Source of the DNA: Christensenellales bacterium
Lineage (GTDB): Bacteria > Bacillota > Clostridia > Christensenellales > UBA1242
Direction: 5' to 3'
Length of the DNA stretch: 56,582 nt
NCBI GenBank assembly: GCA_051889215.1
Contig: JBJFDC010000026.1
Location: forward strand, 1-56,582
How positions within the stretch are numbered: the stretch's first letter is position 1; every line of letters starts with the position of its first letter. The notes under the pieces were generated by a model. It saw nothing but the letters and a program-made list of their open reading frames with translations, searched no databases and was not told the DNA's origin. Of this stretch, positions 26,646 to 34,938 are shown piece after piece. A program made the translations under genes and the position numbers.

Positions 26646-27530
26646 GTGGGAGAAGCATTGCTTGACGCTTTGATTGATACGGCAAAAATGATTGGCATTT
26701 TATATCTTGTCTATCTTCTCGTTTCATATCTTGAACATCACAACAACCAAAAATTCCACGGATTTATGCAAAGGACTCAAAAGGCGGGACCTTTTATGGG
26801 TGCGGTTTTGGGAATTGTTCCACAGTGCGGGTTTTCGGCAGTCATGAGCGACTTGTTTTCCAAGCACAAAATCACGATAGGAACACTTGTTGCTGTGTTC
26901 ATTGCGACCAGCGACGAGGCAATACCAATTTTAATTTCTTATCCCGAGTTCTATAAATCGCTCATAATTTTGCTTGGCATCAAATTTATTTATGCGATTG
27001 CTGTCGGTTATGCCATGGACGGCATTGTTGCTCTCGTTCACAAAAAAAGAGGCGAAAAGCAAGAGCATAATGAAGTGCTGGAAAAAGGGCACGATTGCGA
27101 ACATGACGACCATTGCGACCACTGTGACACGCACCATTGTTGTGCGGACAACATCTTTCTTGATGCACTCAAGCACACTGCGATTATTGCGGCATTTGTT
27201 TTTATCGCGACTGCAATCATAAACATAATCATGTTTTATGTCGGAACAGAAGGCATGACAAATGCATTGATGTCACTTTCAATTTTTCAACCGCTTGTTG
27301 CGGCTGCCATTGGACTCATTCCAAACTGCTGTGCATCAGTTGTTTTGCTTGAACTGTTTATCAAGGGTGGACTGAGTTTTGGTTCTCTTGTTGCGGGGCT
27401 ATGCGCTGGAAGCGGTGTTGGAATTTTGGTGCTATTCAAGCAGAATAAATCAATCAAACAAAATCTTTTGATTCTTGCAATTTGTTATGTGACCGGTGCG
27501 GCGCTCGGAATGATTATTTGTCTGTTCTGA
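26646..27530 (+). CDS. polytopic membrane protein, ArsP_2 / putative metal-exporter-like, with His/Cys/Asp-rich loop
   Basis: GTG start 5 nt after RBS AAAGGAGA. About 10 TM helices, a central loop GHDCEHDDHCDHCDTHHCC, and PNCCASV in a later helix. Confidence 0.55.
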   Translation: MGEALLDALIDTAKMIGILYLVYLLVSYLEHHNNQKFHGFMQRTQKAGPFMGAVLGIVPQCGFSAVMSDLFSKHKITIGTLVAVFIATSDEAIPILISYPEFYKSLIILLGIKFIYAIAVGYAMDGIVALVHKKRGEKQEHNEVLEKGHDCEHDDHCDHCDTHHCCADNIFLDALKHTAIIAAFVFIATAIINIIMFYVGTEGMTNALMSLSIFQPLVAAAIGLIPNCCASVVLLELFIKGGLSFGSLVAGLCAGSGVGILVLFKQNKSIKQNLLILAICYVTGAALGMIICLF

Positions 27531-27619
27531 CATTTTGATTTTTTATTTCATTTTCCATGGGAAAAAGAAAAATTCTTTTTGACAATATTTTGATTTTAAT
27601 TCTATTGACAAAAAAATAA

Positions 27620-27648
27620 TTGACACCATTTTTTTTGTGTGTTAGAAT
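27620..27648 (+). promoter_or_regulatory. near-consensus sigmaA promoter reading into the tRNA-Ser(GCU) locus
   Basis: TTGACA (27620-27625), a 17-nt spacer, then TGtTAGAAT with -10 at 27643-27648. A second TTGACA lies at 27605-27610. Confidence 0.7.
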
Positions 27649-27666
27649 TGCAAAGCATTCAACATA

Positions 27667-27692
27667 TGCAGAAGTACCCAAGTGGTTGAAGG
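27667..27692 (+). repeat. 26-nt copy of the 5' end of tRNA-Ser(GCU) (acceptor strand to D-stem)
   Basis: tgcagaagtacccaagtggttgaagg is identical to 27890-27915. Confidence 0.95.
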
Positions 27693-27890
27693 TCAACTCT
27701 GTTGCCTCACTCGCACAAGCACGATTTATTTCCCTTTCGGTCATAACTCGTGTGTGCAGCGCGAAAAGTCGGCTCGTCCGCTTTTGCCACTGGCAATTCC
27801 TCGCCTCTTTTCCCCTGCTTTCGCAGTGTCGCCCCTTCAAATAAGCGGCAGATGTGAAATAATGAAAATTGGCGAAACAACTTAATATTT
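27693..27890 (+). ncRNA. unclassified GC-rich spacer / candidate structured RNA between the partial and the intact tRNA-Ser(GCU)
   Basis: 84/158 G+C by hand count for 27693-27850, in an AT-rich genome. No credible ORF. It contains several hairpins, including a 10-bp stem GCACACACGA/TCGTG..TGTGC (27713-27757), and lies downstream of a strong promoter. The functional strand is unresolved. Confidence 0.3.
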
Positions 27891-27981
27891 GCAGAAGTAC
27901 CCAAGTGGTTGAAGGGGCTCCCCTGCTAAGGGAGTAGGCTTGTAAAAGGGCGCGAGGGTTCAAATCCCTCCTTCTGCGCCA
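27891..27981 (+). tRNA. tRNA-Ser (anticodon GCU)
   Basis: GCAGAAG-TA-CCC-AAGTGGTTGAA-GGG-G-CTCCC-CTGCTAA-GGGAG-(long variable arm)-GAGGG-TTCAAAT-CCCTC-CTTCTGC-G-CCA; 91 nt with an encoded CCA. Confidence 0.92.
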
Positions 27982-27983
27982 AA

Positions 27984-28007
27984 AGAACACCGACAGGTGT
28001 TTTTTTG
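27984..28007 (+). terminator. rho-independent terminator after tRNA-Ser(GCU)
   Basis: The stem AACACC/GGTGTT has loop GACA and is followed by T7. Confidence 0.65.
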
Positions 28008-28056
28008 TAAGCGCGAGGAGGGATTCTCGCGAAGCGTTGCCGAGTGAATGGGGCAA

Positions 28057-28081
28057 AAGAACACCAATCGGTGTTTTTTTG
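28057..28081 (+). terminator. second copy of the same terminator module
   Basis: The stem AACACC/GGTGTT has loop AATC and is followed by T7. The 29-nt unit 28054-28082 matches 27980-28008 at 25/29, with all differences in the loop. Confidence 0.55.
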
Positions 28082-28246
28082 TTGCGCGGAGGATTTGAGA
28101 TGCTTTGCATCTGCAAATTTCATTTGCAACCCTCGCTGCTCGGCTGGCGACAAAATTGATTAAGAAGATGACTTTTTGCATTTGTTGTGATATAAACATA
28201 ATAACGTGAACACGAACAATAAGGTTTTGTTTTTTTGGGAGATTAT

Positions 28247-28735
28247 ATGATTATTGATGAGATTATTGAACGGGCAAAAGAAAAACCTTTCCGGGTGTAT
28301 TTTGACATGGACGGGGTGTGTTCGGAAGAACGAACGGGTGAGCATGATTTGATTGTTGCAAATGTAAAAGATTTTTACTTCAACAAACGTCCTATCAAAA
28401 CGATATTAAAGGTTATGCAAAAACTCAATGACGCTGGGGTTGAAGTTGGAATTTTGAGCAGTTGTCACTATTTGGAGCAAGCAGACCAAAAAAAGAGGTG
28501 GCTAAAAATTAATGCCCCTTTTGTTGAAGAAAAAAACCAACACTTTGTTGTTTTTGAGGAACTGGAATTCACCGCAAAAGAAAAACCATATCTCAAGGCG
28601 TGGGAATTGGAAAGAATTACAAAAGGATTTGATGGCGAGTTTTTGCTTGTTGAGGACCGTCATGCAAACATAAAAGCCGCCAATGAATATTTTGGGCGTC
28701 AAGTTGCGGAGCATGTTTCATGCTTTGTTGAATGA
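28247..28735 (+). CDS. HAD-superfamily 5'(3')-deoxyribonucleotidase-like protein
   Basis: HAD motif I FDMDGV and later LVEDRHANI; about 162 aa; RBS GGGAGA. Confidence 0.55.
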   Translation: MIIDEIIERAKEKPFRVYFDMDGVCSEERTGEHDLIVANVKDFYFNKRPIKTILKVMQKLNDAGVEVGILSSCHYLEQADQKKRWLKINAPFVEEKNQHFVVFEELEFTAKEKPYLKAWELERITKGFDGEFLLVEDRHANIKAANEYFGRQVAEHVSCFVE

Positions 28736-28793
28736 AGAGGATTTGACAAAATACGACATAAATAATAAGATAATTGGGAATGAAGGTGAAAAA

Positions 28794-29165
28794 ATGAATG
28801 AATATAGGACTTTGACAAAAGATGTTGTTAACGGAGATTATGTGTTTGGCAAAAACGAAGCGTTTGCCATGATTTTGGCAAGCAGAAATGACGGGCCATA
28901 TGAACTCGGATTTGCTGTTCAACCAGTTTGGCGCGACACGCAAAACAACCAAATCAAATTTGTTGCCGACGAAGAATTTACGCCGCTTGAAGATGTTGTG
29001 ATAATGAAAGAACCACAAGGACACGCTCAATGTGTTGCAAACAATATCAAATGGGATTTCTTGCGAGAGAATCCAACTCCAACTTTGAGAGAAGTTCGTG
29101 CACTAAACCAAAAAATTATCAATGCACAAAACAACATAAAAAAAGAGAGTGCGAATGAAAAATAA
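28794..29165 (+). CDS. hypothetical protein (123 aa)
   Basis: ORF trimmed to the ATG after RBS GAAGGTGA. No motif recognised. Confidence 0.5.
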   Translation: MNEYRTLTKDVVNGDYVFGKNEAFAMILASRNDGPYELGFAVQPVWRDTQNNQIKFVADEEFTPLEDVVIMKEPQGHAQCVANNIKWDFLRENPTPTLREVRALNQKIINAQNNIKKESANEK

Positions 29166-29760
29166 TTTTATCATATGCGTCACTGGAAAATCTGGGGTGG
29201 GAAAGACAATGTTTTCAAAAATGCTGTCTGTCCGCCTTAATTTTTTTCATGTTGACATTGACAAAATTGGTCACCAAATTTATGAGGACCCCAAAGTTGT
29301 TGAGGAGGTTGAAAAAATATTCAATCAAAGATTTCGTGATTCAAGCGGGAATTTTGACCGCAAAAAATTGGGGTTTGCTTTGTTTTCCTCAAAAAACCCT
29401 TTAACTGTAAAAAAATTTAATAATTTCACGAAAATTCAAATACAAAAGTTTGTTGACAAAGAACTTGAGATGCATCAAAATGTTGTTTTGGATTGGGTTT
29501 TGTTGCCAAAAACAAAATATTGGAATATGTCCGACTACAAAATTTTGATAAGACCTCAAAAAGATGAACAACGATTTATTTATCTCAAAAACCGAGAAGG
29601 ATTGAGCGAAGAATATGTGAAACTCAGAGACAATGCAGGAATGGAATATGATTTGGAAAAATTTGATTTTGTGATAACGAATGGTTATCTTGAACAAGAC
29701 ATTGAAGAAAACCTAAATAAAGTGGAACAAAACATTAATACAAAAAGAGGAGAGAGGTGA
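29155..29760 (+). CDS. coaE: dephospho-CoA kinase
   Basis: P-loop CVTGKSGVGKT, then VDIDKIGHQIY and F...GNFDRKKLGFALF, following the CoaE pattern. Confidence 0.7.
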   Translation: MKNNFIICVTGKSGVGKTMFSKMLSVRLNFFHVDIDKIGHQIYEDPKVVEEVEKIFNQRFRDSSGNFDRKKLGFALFSSKNPLTVKKFNNFTKIQIQKFVDKELEMHQNVVLDWVLLPKTKYWNMSDYKILIRPQKDEQRFIYLKNREGLSEEYVKLRDNAGMEYDLEKFDFVITNGYLEQDIEENLNKVEQNINTKRGER

Positions 29761-29765
29761 TGGGA

Positions 29766-30344
29766 ATGAAGATAATTTTGGCGAGCAAGAGCCCAAGGCG
29801 AAAAGAACTTTTGGCAACAATATTTGAAGAGTTTGAGTGCAAGCCGAGCGACAAGAGTGAAGAAATGACCAAAAAGACAAGCATAAAAAATATCGCAAAA
29901 AACATCAGTGGACAAAAAGCGGAGGATATTTTTTCAAAGACAGAGGGCGACAGAGTGATTATTGGTTCAGACACAATGGTCGTGCTCGGCAAAAGAATTT
30001 TTGGAAAACCAAAAAATCAAGATGAAGCATTTTCCATGCTAAAATCTTTGAGCGGGAGAACTCACAAAGTCGTGACTGGCATATATGTCATAAAGTTTGA
30101 AGGGCAAACAAAAACAATTGTTAGTGATGTTGTTGTGTCAAAAGTTAAATTCGCAAAAATGAGCGACAAAGAGATTTGGGATTATATCAAAACAGGCGAC
30201 CCAATGGACAAGGCGGGCGCATATGGTTGCCAAGGTCTTGCAAAAAAATATATCGAAAAAATTGATGGCGATTTTTTTGCGGTTATGGGACTTCCCGTCC
30301 ACAAAACATATGAAATTTGCAAAAAATTATCTATAATTGATTAA
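29766..30344 (+). CDS. maf: Maf-like nucleoside triphosphate pyrophosphatase
   Basis: MKIILASKSPRRKELL, IGSDTMV and GAYGCQG blocks. Confidence 0.88.
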   Translation: MKIILASKSPRRKELLATIFEEFECKPSDKSEEMTKKTSIKNIAKNISGQKAEDIFSKTEGDRVIIGSDTMVVLGKRIFGKPKNQDEAFSMLKSLSGRTHKVVTGIYVIKFEGQTKTIVSDVVVSKVKFAKMSDKEIWDYIKTGDPMDKAGAYGCQGLAKKYIEKIDGDFFAVMGLPVHKTYEICKKLSIID

Positions 30345-30390
30345 TTCCACGCTATTGACATAAACTTATATTTGATTTACTATTGTTATA

Positions 30391-31380
30391 ATGAAGAAAA
30401 ATGAGCAATTTCTTCTTCCTCAAGAAAAGGTTAGGAGAGCAAACCAAAGATTGTTGAAAACGGGATGCGTCGCATGTCTTGCCATCGCCTGCGTTTTTAC
30501 TGTGCAAAATCTCATGCCTCTCGATTTTTATATAAATCCTGGGATTGATGAAAATACAAAATTTGTTGTTGCCCATGCTTGCGGAGGCATGAATGTTGAC
30601 GGAAAAACAAAAAAATATCTCAATGTTGTTGAGGGTGTTGACCATCATTATGCTCATGGAACGAGAATGTTTGAAGTCGATTTCGCATTTTCAAAAGAGG
30701 GCGAATTGGTTGGCACGCACAAATACGAATATTTCAAGGGTTATGACAACAACAACAGGATTGGGATTGAAGAATATAACAACGCATTAATTTTGGATAG
30801 ATTTCACGGCATAACAAGTCAAAGATTGTTTGAACTCATTCAAAAGTATCCCGACGCAAAATTCATTATTGACACAAAAGAAAGCGACCCATATTTGATT
30901 TATGAAAAATTGATTGACGATGCGAATTCTTTTGGGGTTGACTTGAGTGGGAGCATTCTGCCGTTTGTATCATCAAAAAATATGCTCGAAAGACTCGAAG
31001 CCGCTTATGATTTTGAAGAAATTATGTTCACCAACTACAAGGCAAAACTCAACACAAATGAACTTCTCAAAATTGTTGAAGCCAATGACAAAATTAATTA
31101 TCTTCACATTTTTCCAACAGACTTTTCAAGGATTGAAATCAATGAGTTCAACAAGCGCGGAATCAGAGTTTTTGCTCATATGGACAACGGCCCTTTCCAT
31201 GTCGCTTTGAACTATGGCTGCACTGGGATTTTTTCGGACGACATAACAGAAGATGCTTTCAATGTCAAATATCGATATGTTCTTGACCAAAAACTCATTG
31301 ATGGTGGAAACTCAAAAGGAAATGTTCAAGCATCACTTGACGAAATGCTTGGAATAACATTCTCCGACCAAATATTTTAG
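30391..31380 (+). CDS. glycerophosphodiester phosphodiesterase-family protein, N-terminal membrane anchor
   Basis: VAHACGG...N.VEG...YAHGTRMFEVDFAFSKEGELVGTH follows the GDPD HR..E.D..H pattern loosely. Confidence 0.55.
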   Translation: MKKNEQFLLPQEKVRRANQRLLKTGCVACLAIACVFTVQNLMPLDFYINPGIDENTKFVVAHACGGMNVDGKTKKYLNVVEGVDHHYAHGTRMFEVDFAFSKEGELVGTHKYEYFKGYDNNNRIGIEEYNNALILDRFHGITSQRLFELIQKYPDAKFIIDTKESDPYLIYEKLIDDANSFGVDLSGSILPFVSSKNMLERLEAAYDFEEIMFTNYKAKLNTNELLKIVEANDKINYLHIFPTDFSRIEINEFNKRGIRVFAHMDNGPFHVALNYGCTGIFSDDITEDAFNVKYRYVLDQKLIDGGNSKGNVQASLDEMLGITFSDQIF

Positions 31381-31438
31381 AAAAAACCTTGAATCATCAA
31401 CAAAACTATGATAAATTAAATTAATAGATGGGGGATAT

Positions 31439-31798
31439 ATGAAAAAAATTGAAAATTTCAAGGAACAATCTGTGAATAGTCTGGCGAACTTTGCCAACAA
31501 ATTCACCTATTTTGGATATGTTAATGGCAACAGAAAATATCCTGTTTTTGTTGACGAAATAAAAGGGATTGTCGTCAAAGCGCAAAATCCAAGAACATTT
31601 TTGTTTTGCGTGAAGAGAATGGAAGATGATTGTCTCATGAGAGCAATGCAAGATATGTTGGATTTCAAATATAAATATGAACAACTTTGCAACGCTTTTG
31701 ATTATGACAAAAAAATTGCAAAATCATATTTGCAAAAAAGCGTTGATTACATTTTTTTGCAATACAACAAAAACAATTCAAAAGAAATGGGGAAATAA
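31439..31798 (+). CDS. hypothetical protein (119 aa)
   Basis: ORF with RBS GGGGGA. Confidence 0.5.
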   Translation: MKKIENFKEQSVNSLANFANKFTYFGYVNGNRKYPVFVDEIKGIVVKAQNPRTFLFCVKRMEDDCLMRAMQDMLDFKYKYEQLCNAFDYDKKIAKSYLQKSVDYIFLQYNKNNSKEMGK

Positions 31799-31824
31799 AA
31801 AAAGACCGATGAGGTCTTTTTTGT
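31797..31824. terminator. bidirectional terminator
   Basis: The stem AAAGACC/GGTCTTT has loop GATGA and lies between convergent genes. Confidence 0.7.
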
Positions 31825-31828
31825 TGCA

Positions 31829-32683
31829 TTATTTCCATTTTGGAATAAAACAAGTGTCTGCGCTTTGAGGGCTTTGAACAAATCCATCAAGGTCCAAATT
31901 TGCAAAATGCTTGTTGACACATTCAATTTCGCGCTTTGTGAGTTTTCGGTTTATCTCGTCAAATTTGTTGTATTCTCCAAATGGCGTGAACTGACTCATA
32001 ACGCTGACCAAAATTTGTTTGTCATAACAACGCTTGAGATAGTCCAAAATTTGTTTGCTCTCTTGTGTGTGAAGAGGCAAAATCAGATGCCTGACAACAA
32101 CTCCTTGTTTGAGCAATTTTCCATCAAATTCAAGCGGCTTGTTTTGAACCATAACTGAAAGCGCTTGTTGTGCATTTTGGACATAATCTGAACAATTTGA
32201 ATATTTTTTTGCGGTTTTTGAGTCAAAATATTTGAAATCTGTCAAAAAAATGTCCACATATGGCAAAAGTTTTTTAATTGTTTCCACTTTTTCATAACCA
32301 TGTGTGTTCCAAACGACAGGGACTTTGGGTTTATAAATTTTTAGTGCCTCGACAATTTGGTCGGCAAAATGGGTTGGGCTGACAAGGTTGATGTTGTGCA
32401 CTCCTTTTTCCTCAAGTTCTTTCATTATTTCAACAAGACCTTCTGGAGTTGTTGGCGTTCCACGTCCGTCATGAGAAATTTCATAGTTTTGACAAAAAAC
32501 GCATTTGAGAGAACAACCCGAAAAAAATATTGCACCACTGCCACGAGTTCCGCTTATGCAGGGCTCTTCAAACATAAAAACAGAATATGTGTTGACGCGC
32601 ATTATTTCTTTTTCGCCACACACTCCTTTTGTTTGACTTCTATCAATTCCGCAATTTCTTGGGCATAGTTCACACTTGTTCAT
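31829..32683 (-). CDS. radical SAM protein (PflX-like activase family)
   Basis: CxxxCxxC cluster CSLKCVFCQN plus an N-terminal CELCPRNCG; 284 aa. Confidence 0.75.
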   Translation of the reverse strand: MNKCELCPRNCGIDRSQTKGVCGEKEIMRVNTYSVFMFEEPCISGTRGSGAIFFSGCSLKCVFCQNYEISHDGRGTPTTPEGLVEIMKELEEKGVHNINLVSPTHFADQIVEALKIYKPKVPVVWNTHGYEKVETIKKLLPYVDIFLTDFKYFDSKTAKKYSNCSDYVQNAQQALSVMVQNKPLEFDGKLLKQGVVVRHLILPLHTQESKQILDYLKRCYDKQILVSVMSQFTPFGEYNKFDEINRKLTKREIECVNKHFANLDLDGFVQSPQSADTCFIPKWK

Positions 32684-32812
32684 CTTTTTTATTTTATGTC
32701 AAACCATGTGCTTTGTCAAAAGAAGATTAAAAAATGAAAATTTTTTTGGGGTTATTATTGATTAAATAATATTATTTGTGATATACTTACGCGTTAGATT
32801 TAGGAGAAAATT

Positions 32813-34639
32813 ATGAAAAACGAAAAGATTAGAAATGTTGCGATTATTGCCCACGTTGACCATGGCAAAACTTCGCTCGTTAATGAAATGCTCAAACAAG
32901 GTCATGTTTTTAGAGAAAATCAACAAGTTGACGACAGGGTTATGGACTCAAATGCGCTCGAAAGAGAAAGAGGAATAACCATTCTCGCAAAGAACACTGC
33001 GGTTTTTTATAATGGTGTGAAAATCAACGTTGTTGACACACCGGGGCACGCTGACTTTGGTGGAGAAGTTGAACGTGTTCTAAAGATGGTTGACGGCGTT
33101 CTGCTTGTTGTTGACGCTTTTGAGGGACCAATGCCTCAAACTCGTTTTGTTCTTGAAAAGGCGCTCGAACTGAATCTCAAAGTTATTGTTGTCATCAACA
33201 AGATTGATAGACCTGATGCGCGTGTTCAAGAAGTTCAAGACGAGGTTTTGGAATTATTTATGGATCTCAATGCAAACGATGACCAACTCAATTCACCATT
33301 TTTGTTTGCTTCCGCTCGTCAAGGTGTGTGTGGAGAAAACATTGCATATCTCAAAGATATGACGGTTTTGTTCCAAAAAATCATCGACTATATTCCAGCA
33401 CCAGAAGGTGACTCTGATGCGCCTTTCCAGATGTTGATTTCTGCCACCGAGCAAAATGAATATGTCGGAAAACTTGCAGTCGGCAAAATTGGTCGAGGAA
33501 AAGTCAAGGTTGGTGACCAAATAACATTGTGTAATTTTTACAACGACAAGACAAGCAATGCAAAAATTGTTTCAATGTATCAATTTGAAGGACTAAAACG
33601 TGTCCCTTGCGAAACATCTGTTGCGGGTGATATTGCAATGGTTGCCGGGATTGAAAACGTCACAATCGGAGACACGCTTTGTTCTGTGGACAAAGTTGAA
33701 CCGCTTGAATTTGTTAAAATCAGCGAACCAAGTGTTGAAATGACTTTTCTCGTCAACGATAGTCCTTTTGCTGGGAAAGAAGGGAAATTTGTGACATCTC
33801 GTCACCTTCGCGAAAGACTTTATCGTGAACAAGTCAAAGATTTGTCACTTCGTGTTCGCGACACAAACACAACTGAAGCGTTTACTGTTTGCGGAAGAGG
33901 AGAAATGCATCTTTCAATTCTGATTGAAAACATGAGAAGAGAGGGCTATGAATTTCAAGTTTCAATGCCAAGAGTTGTTTTCAAAGAAATTGATGGACAA
34001 AAATATGAACCAATTGACCGCGTGGTTTTGGACGTTCCGGAAGATTGTGTTGGCGTTGTTATGAATAAACTCGGAGTGAGAAAGGGCGAACTTGTTTCCA
34101 TGACGCCACACGCAAGCAGAATGAGAATGGAGTTCAAAGTTCCATCTCGAGGAATGTTTGGATTCAAATCTGATTTCTTGACCGACACAAGAGGTGAGGG
34201 AATATTTAGTGCAATTCCAGAAGGTTATGAACCATATAAAGGCGAAATTGCAAGACGAGTTTATGGTTCGCTCATTGCTTTTGAAACTGGTGAAAGCATA
34301 ACTTATGGCTTGTTTAATGCTCAAGAAAGAGGCGATTTATTTATTGGCCCTGGCATTCCAGTTTATGCTGGCATGGTTGTTGGACGAAACCCAAGAGGCG
34401 AGGATTTGGTTGTTAATGTTTGCAAGAAAAAGCACCTTTCAAACTGCCGCTCATCTGGTGCAGACGAGGCGCTTCGACTCATTCCACCAATTCAAATGTC
34501 GCTTGAGGACTCGCTTGAATTTTTGGCGGACGACGAATATATGGAAGTCACACCAAAGAGCATCAGGATAAGAAAAATTGTGCTCGACCACAATATGCGC
34601 TTAAGAATTCGAGGCAAAGCTTTGCAAAATCAAGATTAA
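32813..34639 (+). CDS. typA: translational GTPase TypA/BipA
   Basis: G1 [10 protein letters not shown]3 DTPGHADF and G4 NKID; 608 aa with the typical TypA C-terminus. Confidence 0.93.
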   Translation: MKNEKIRNVAIIAHVDHGKTSLVNEMLKQGHVFRENQQVDDRVMDSNALERERGITILAKNTAVFYNGVKINVVDTPGHADFGGEVERVLKMVDGVLLVVDAFEGPMPQTRFVLEKALELNLKVIVVINKIDRPDARVQEVQDEVLELFMDLNANDDQLNSPFLFASARQGVCGENIAYLKDMTVLFQKIIDYIPAPEGDSDAPFQMLISATEQNEYVGKLAVGKIGRGKVKVGDQITLCNFYNDKTSNAKIVSMYQFEGLKRVPCETSVAGDIAMVAGIENVTIGDTLCSVDKVEPLEFVKISEPSVEMTFLVNDSPFAGKEGKFVTSRHLRERLYREQVKDLSLRVRDTNTTEAFTVCGRGEMHLSILIENMRREGYEFQVSMPRVVFKEIDGQKYEPIDRVVLDVPEDCVGVVMNKLGVRKGELVSMTPHASRMRMEFKVPSRGMFGFKSDFLTDTRGEGIFSAIPEGYEPYKGEIARRVYGSLIAFETGESITYGLFNAQERGDLFIGPGIPVYAGMVVGRNPRGEDLVVNVCKKKHLSNCRSSGADEALRLIPPIQMSLEDSLEFLADDEYMEVTPKSIRIRKIVLDHNMRLRIRGKALQNQD

Positions 34640-34656
34640 TGTGTTAAGATGAGGGT

Positions 34657-34926
34657 ATGAAACAAAAAAACAAAGGTGTTATGCGACAATACAAAATGGA
34701 CCTCAAAAGATTTGGAAAATATCTTTTGATTCTCATTCCCATCGCTTTTGTCGAAGCATTTTTAGTCTCCATGCTAAACTATCCCGTTTGGCTCAACTGC
34801 ATAATCATCATTCCAACGCTCATTGTTTGGTGCGTTGTGTTTGAATTAATTTATGTTGCAATATGCAAAAGAAAAGAGAAAAAAGCATTATCCGAAGGCA
34901 AAAAACCGGATATATATGCTGATTAG
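34657..34926 (+). CDS. small membrane protein (89 aa, 2 TM)
   Basis: ORF with RBS GAGGG and two hydrophobic helices. Confidence 0.5.
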   Translation: MKQKNKGVMRQYKMDLKRFGKYLLILIPIAFVEAFLVSMLNYPVWLNCIIIIPTLIVWCVVFELIYVAICKRKEKKALSEGKKPDIYAD

Positions 34927-34938
34927 TTGTGAGGAATT

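Noticed and set aside
27785-27791. GCCACTG (B12-box-like core) on the + strand, suggesting a cobalamin riboswitch
   Set aside because: None of the other conserved cobalamin-riboswitch elements are present, and the downstream gene is a tRNA. I treat the heptamer as chance.
27781-27840. Minus-strand strings GAAGGGGCGA and GGCAAAAGCGGAC resembling glycine-riboswitch core segments
   Set aside because: The obligatory GGAGAG/CUCUC pairing partners and the P1 stem are missing. No regulated gene lies downstream on the minus strand.
27514-28116. 200-aa minus-strand ORF, and several 60-80-aa ORFs on both strands, covering the tRNA-Ser(GCU) region
   Set aside because: They run straight through a tRNA gene and two terminators. 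They have no RBS and give low-complexity, non-protein-like translations. They are open only because the region is GC-rich.
28247-30344. Nucleotidase-hypothetical-kinase-Maf cluster next to the tRNA scar as a nucleotide-depletion defence island
   Set aside because: The kinase follows the CoaE pattern and Maf is a standard housekeeping gene. The genes overlap like a native operon, composition is unremarkable, and no integrase or att repeat bounds them on the right.
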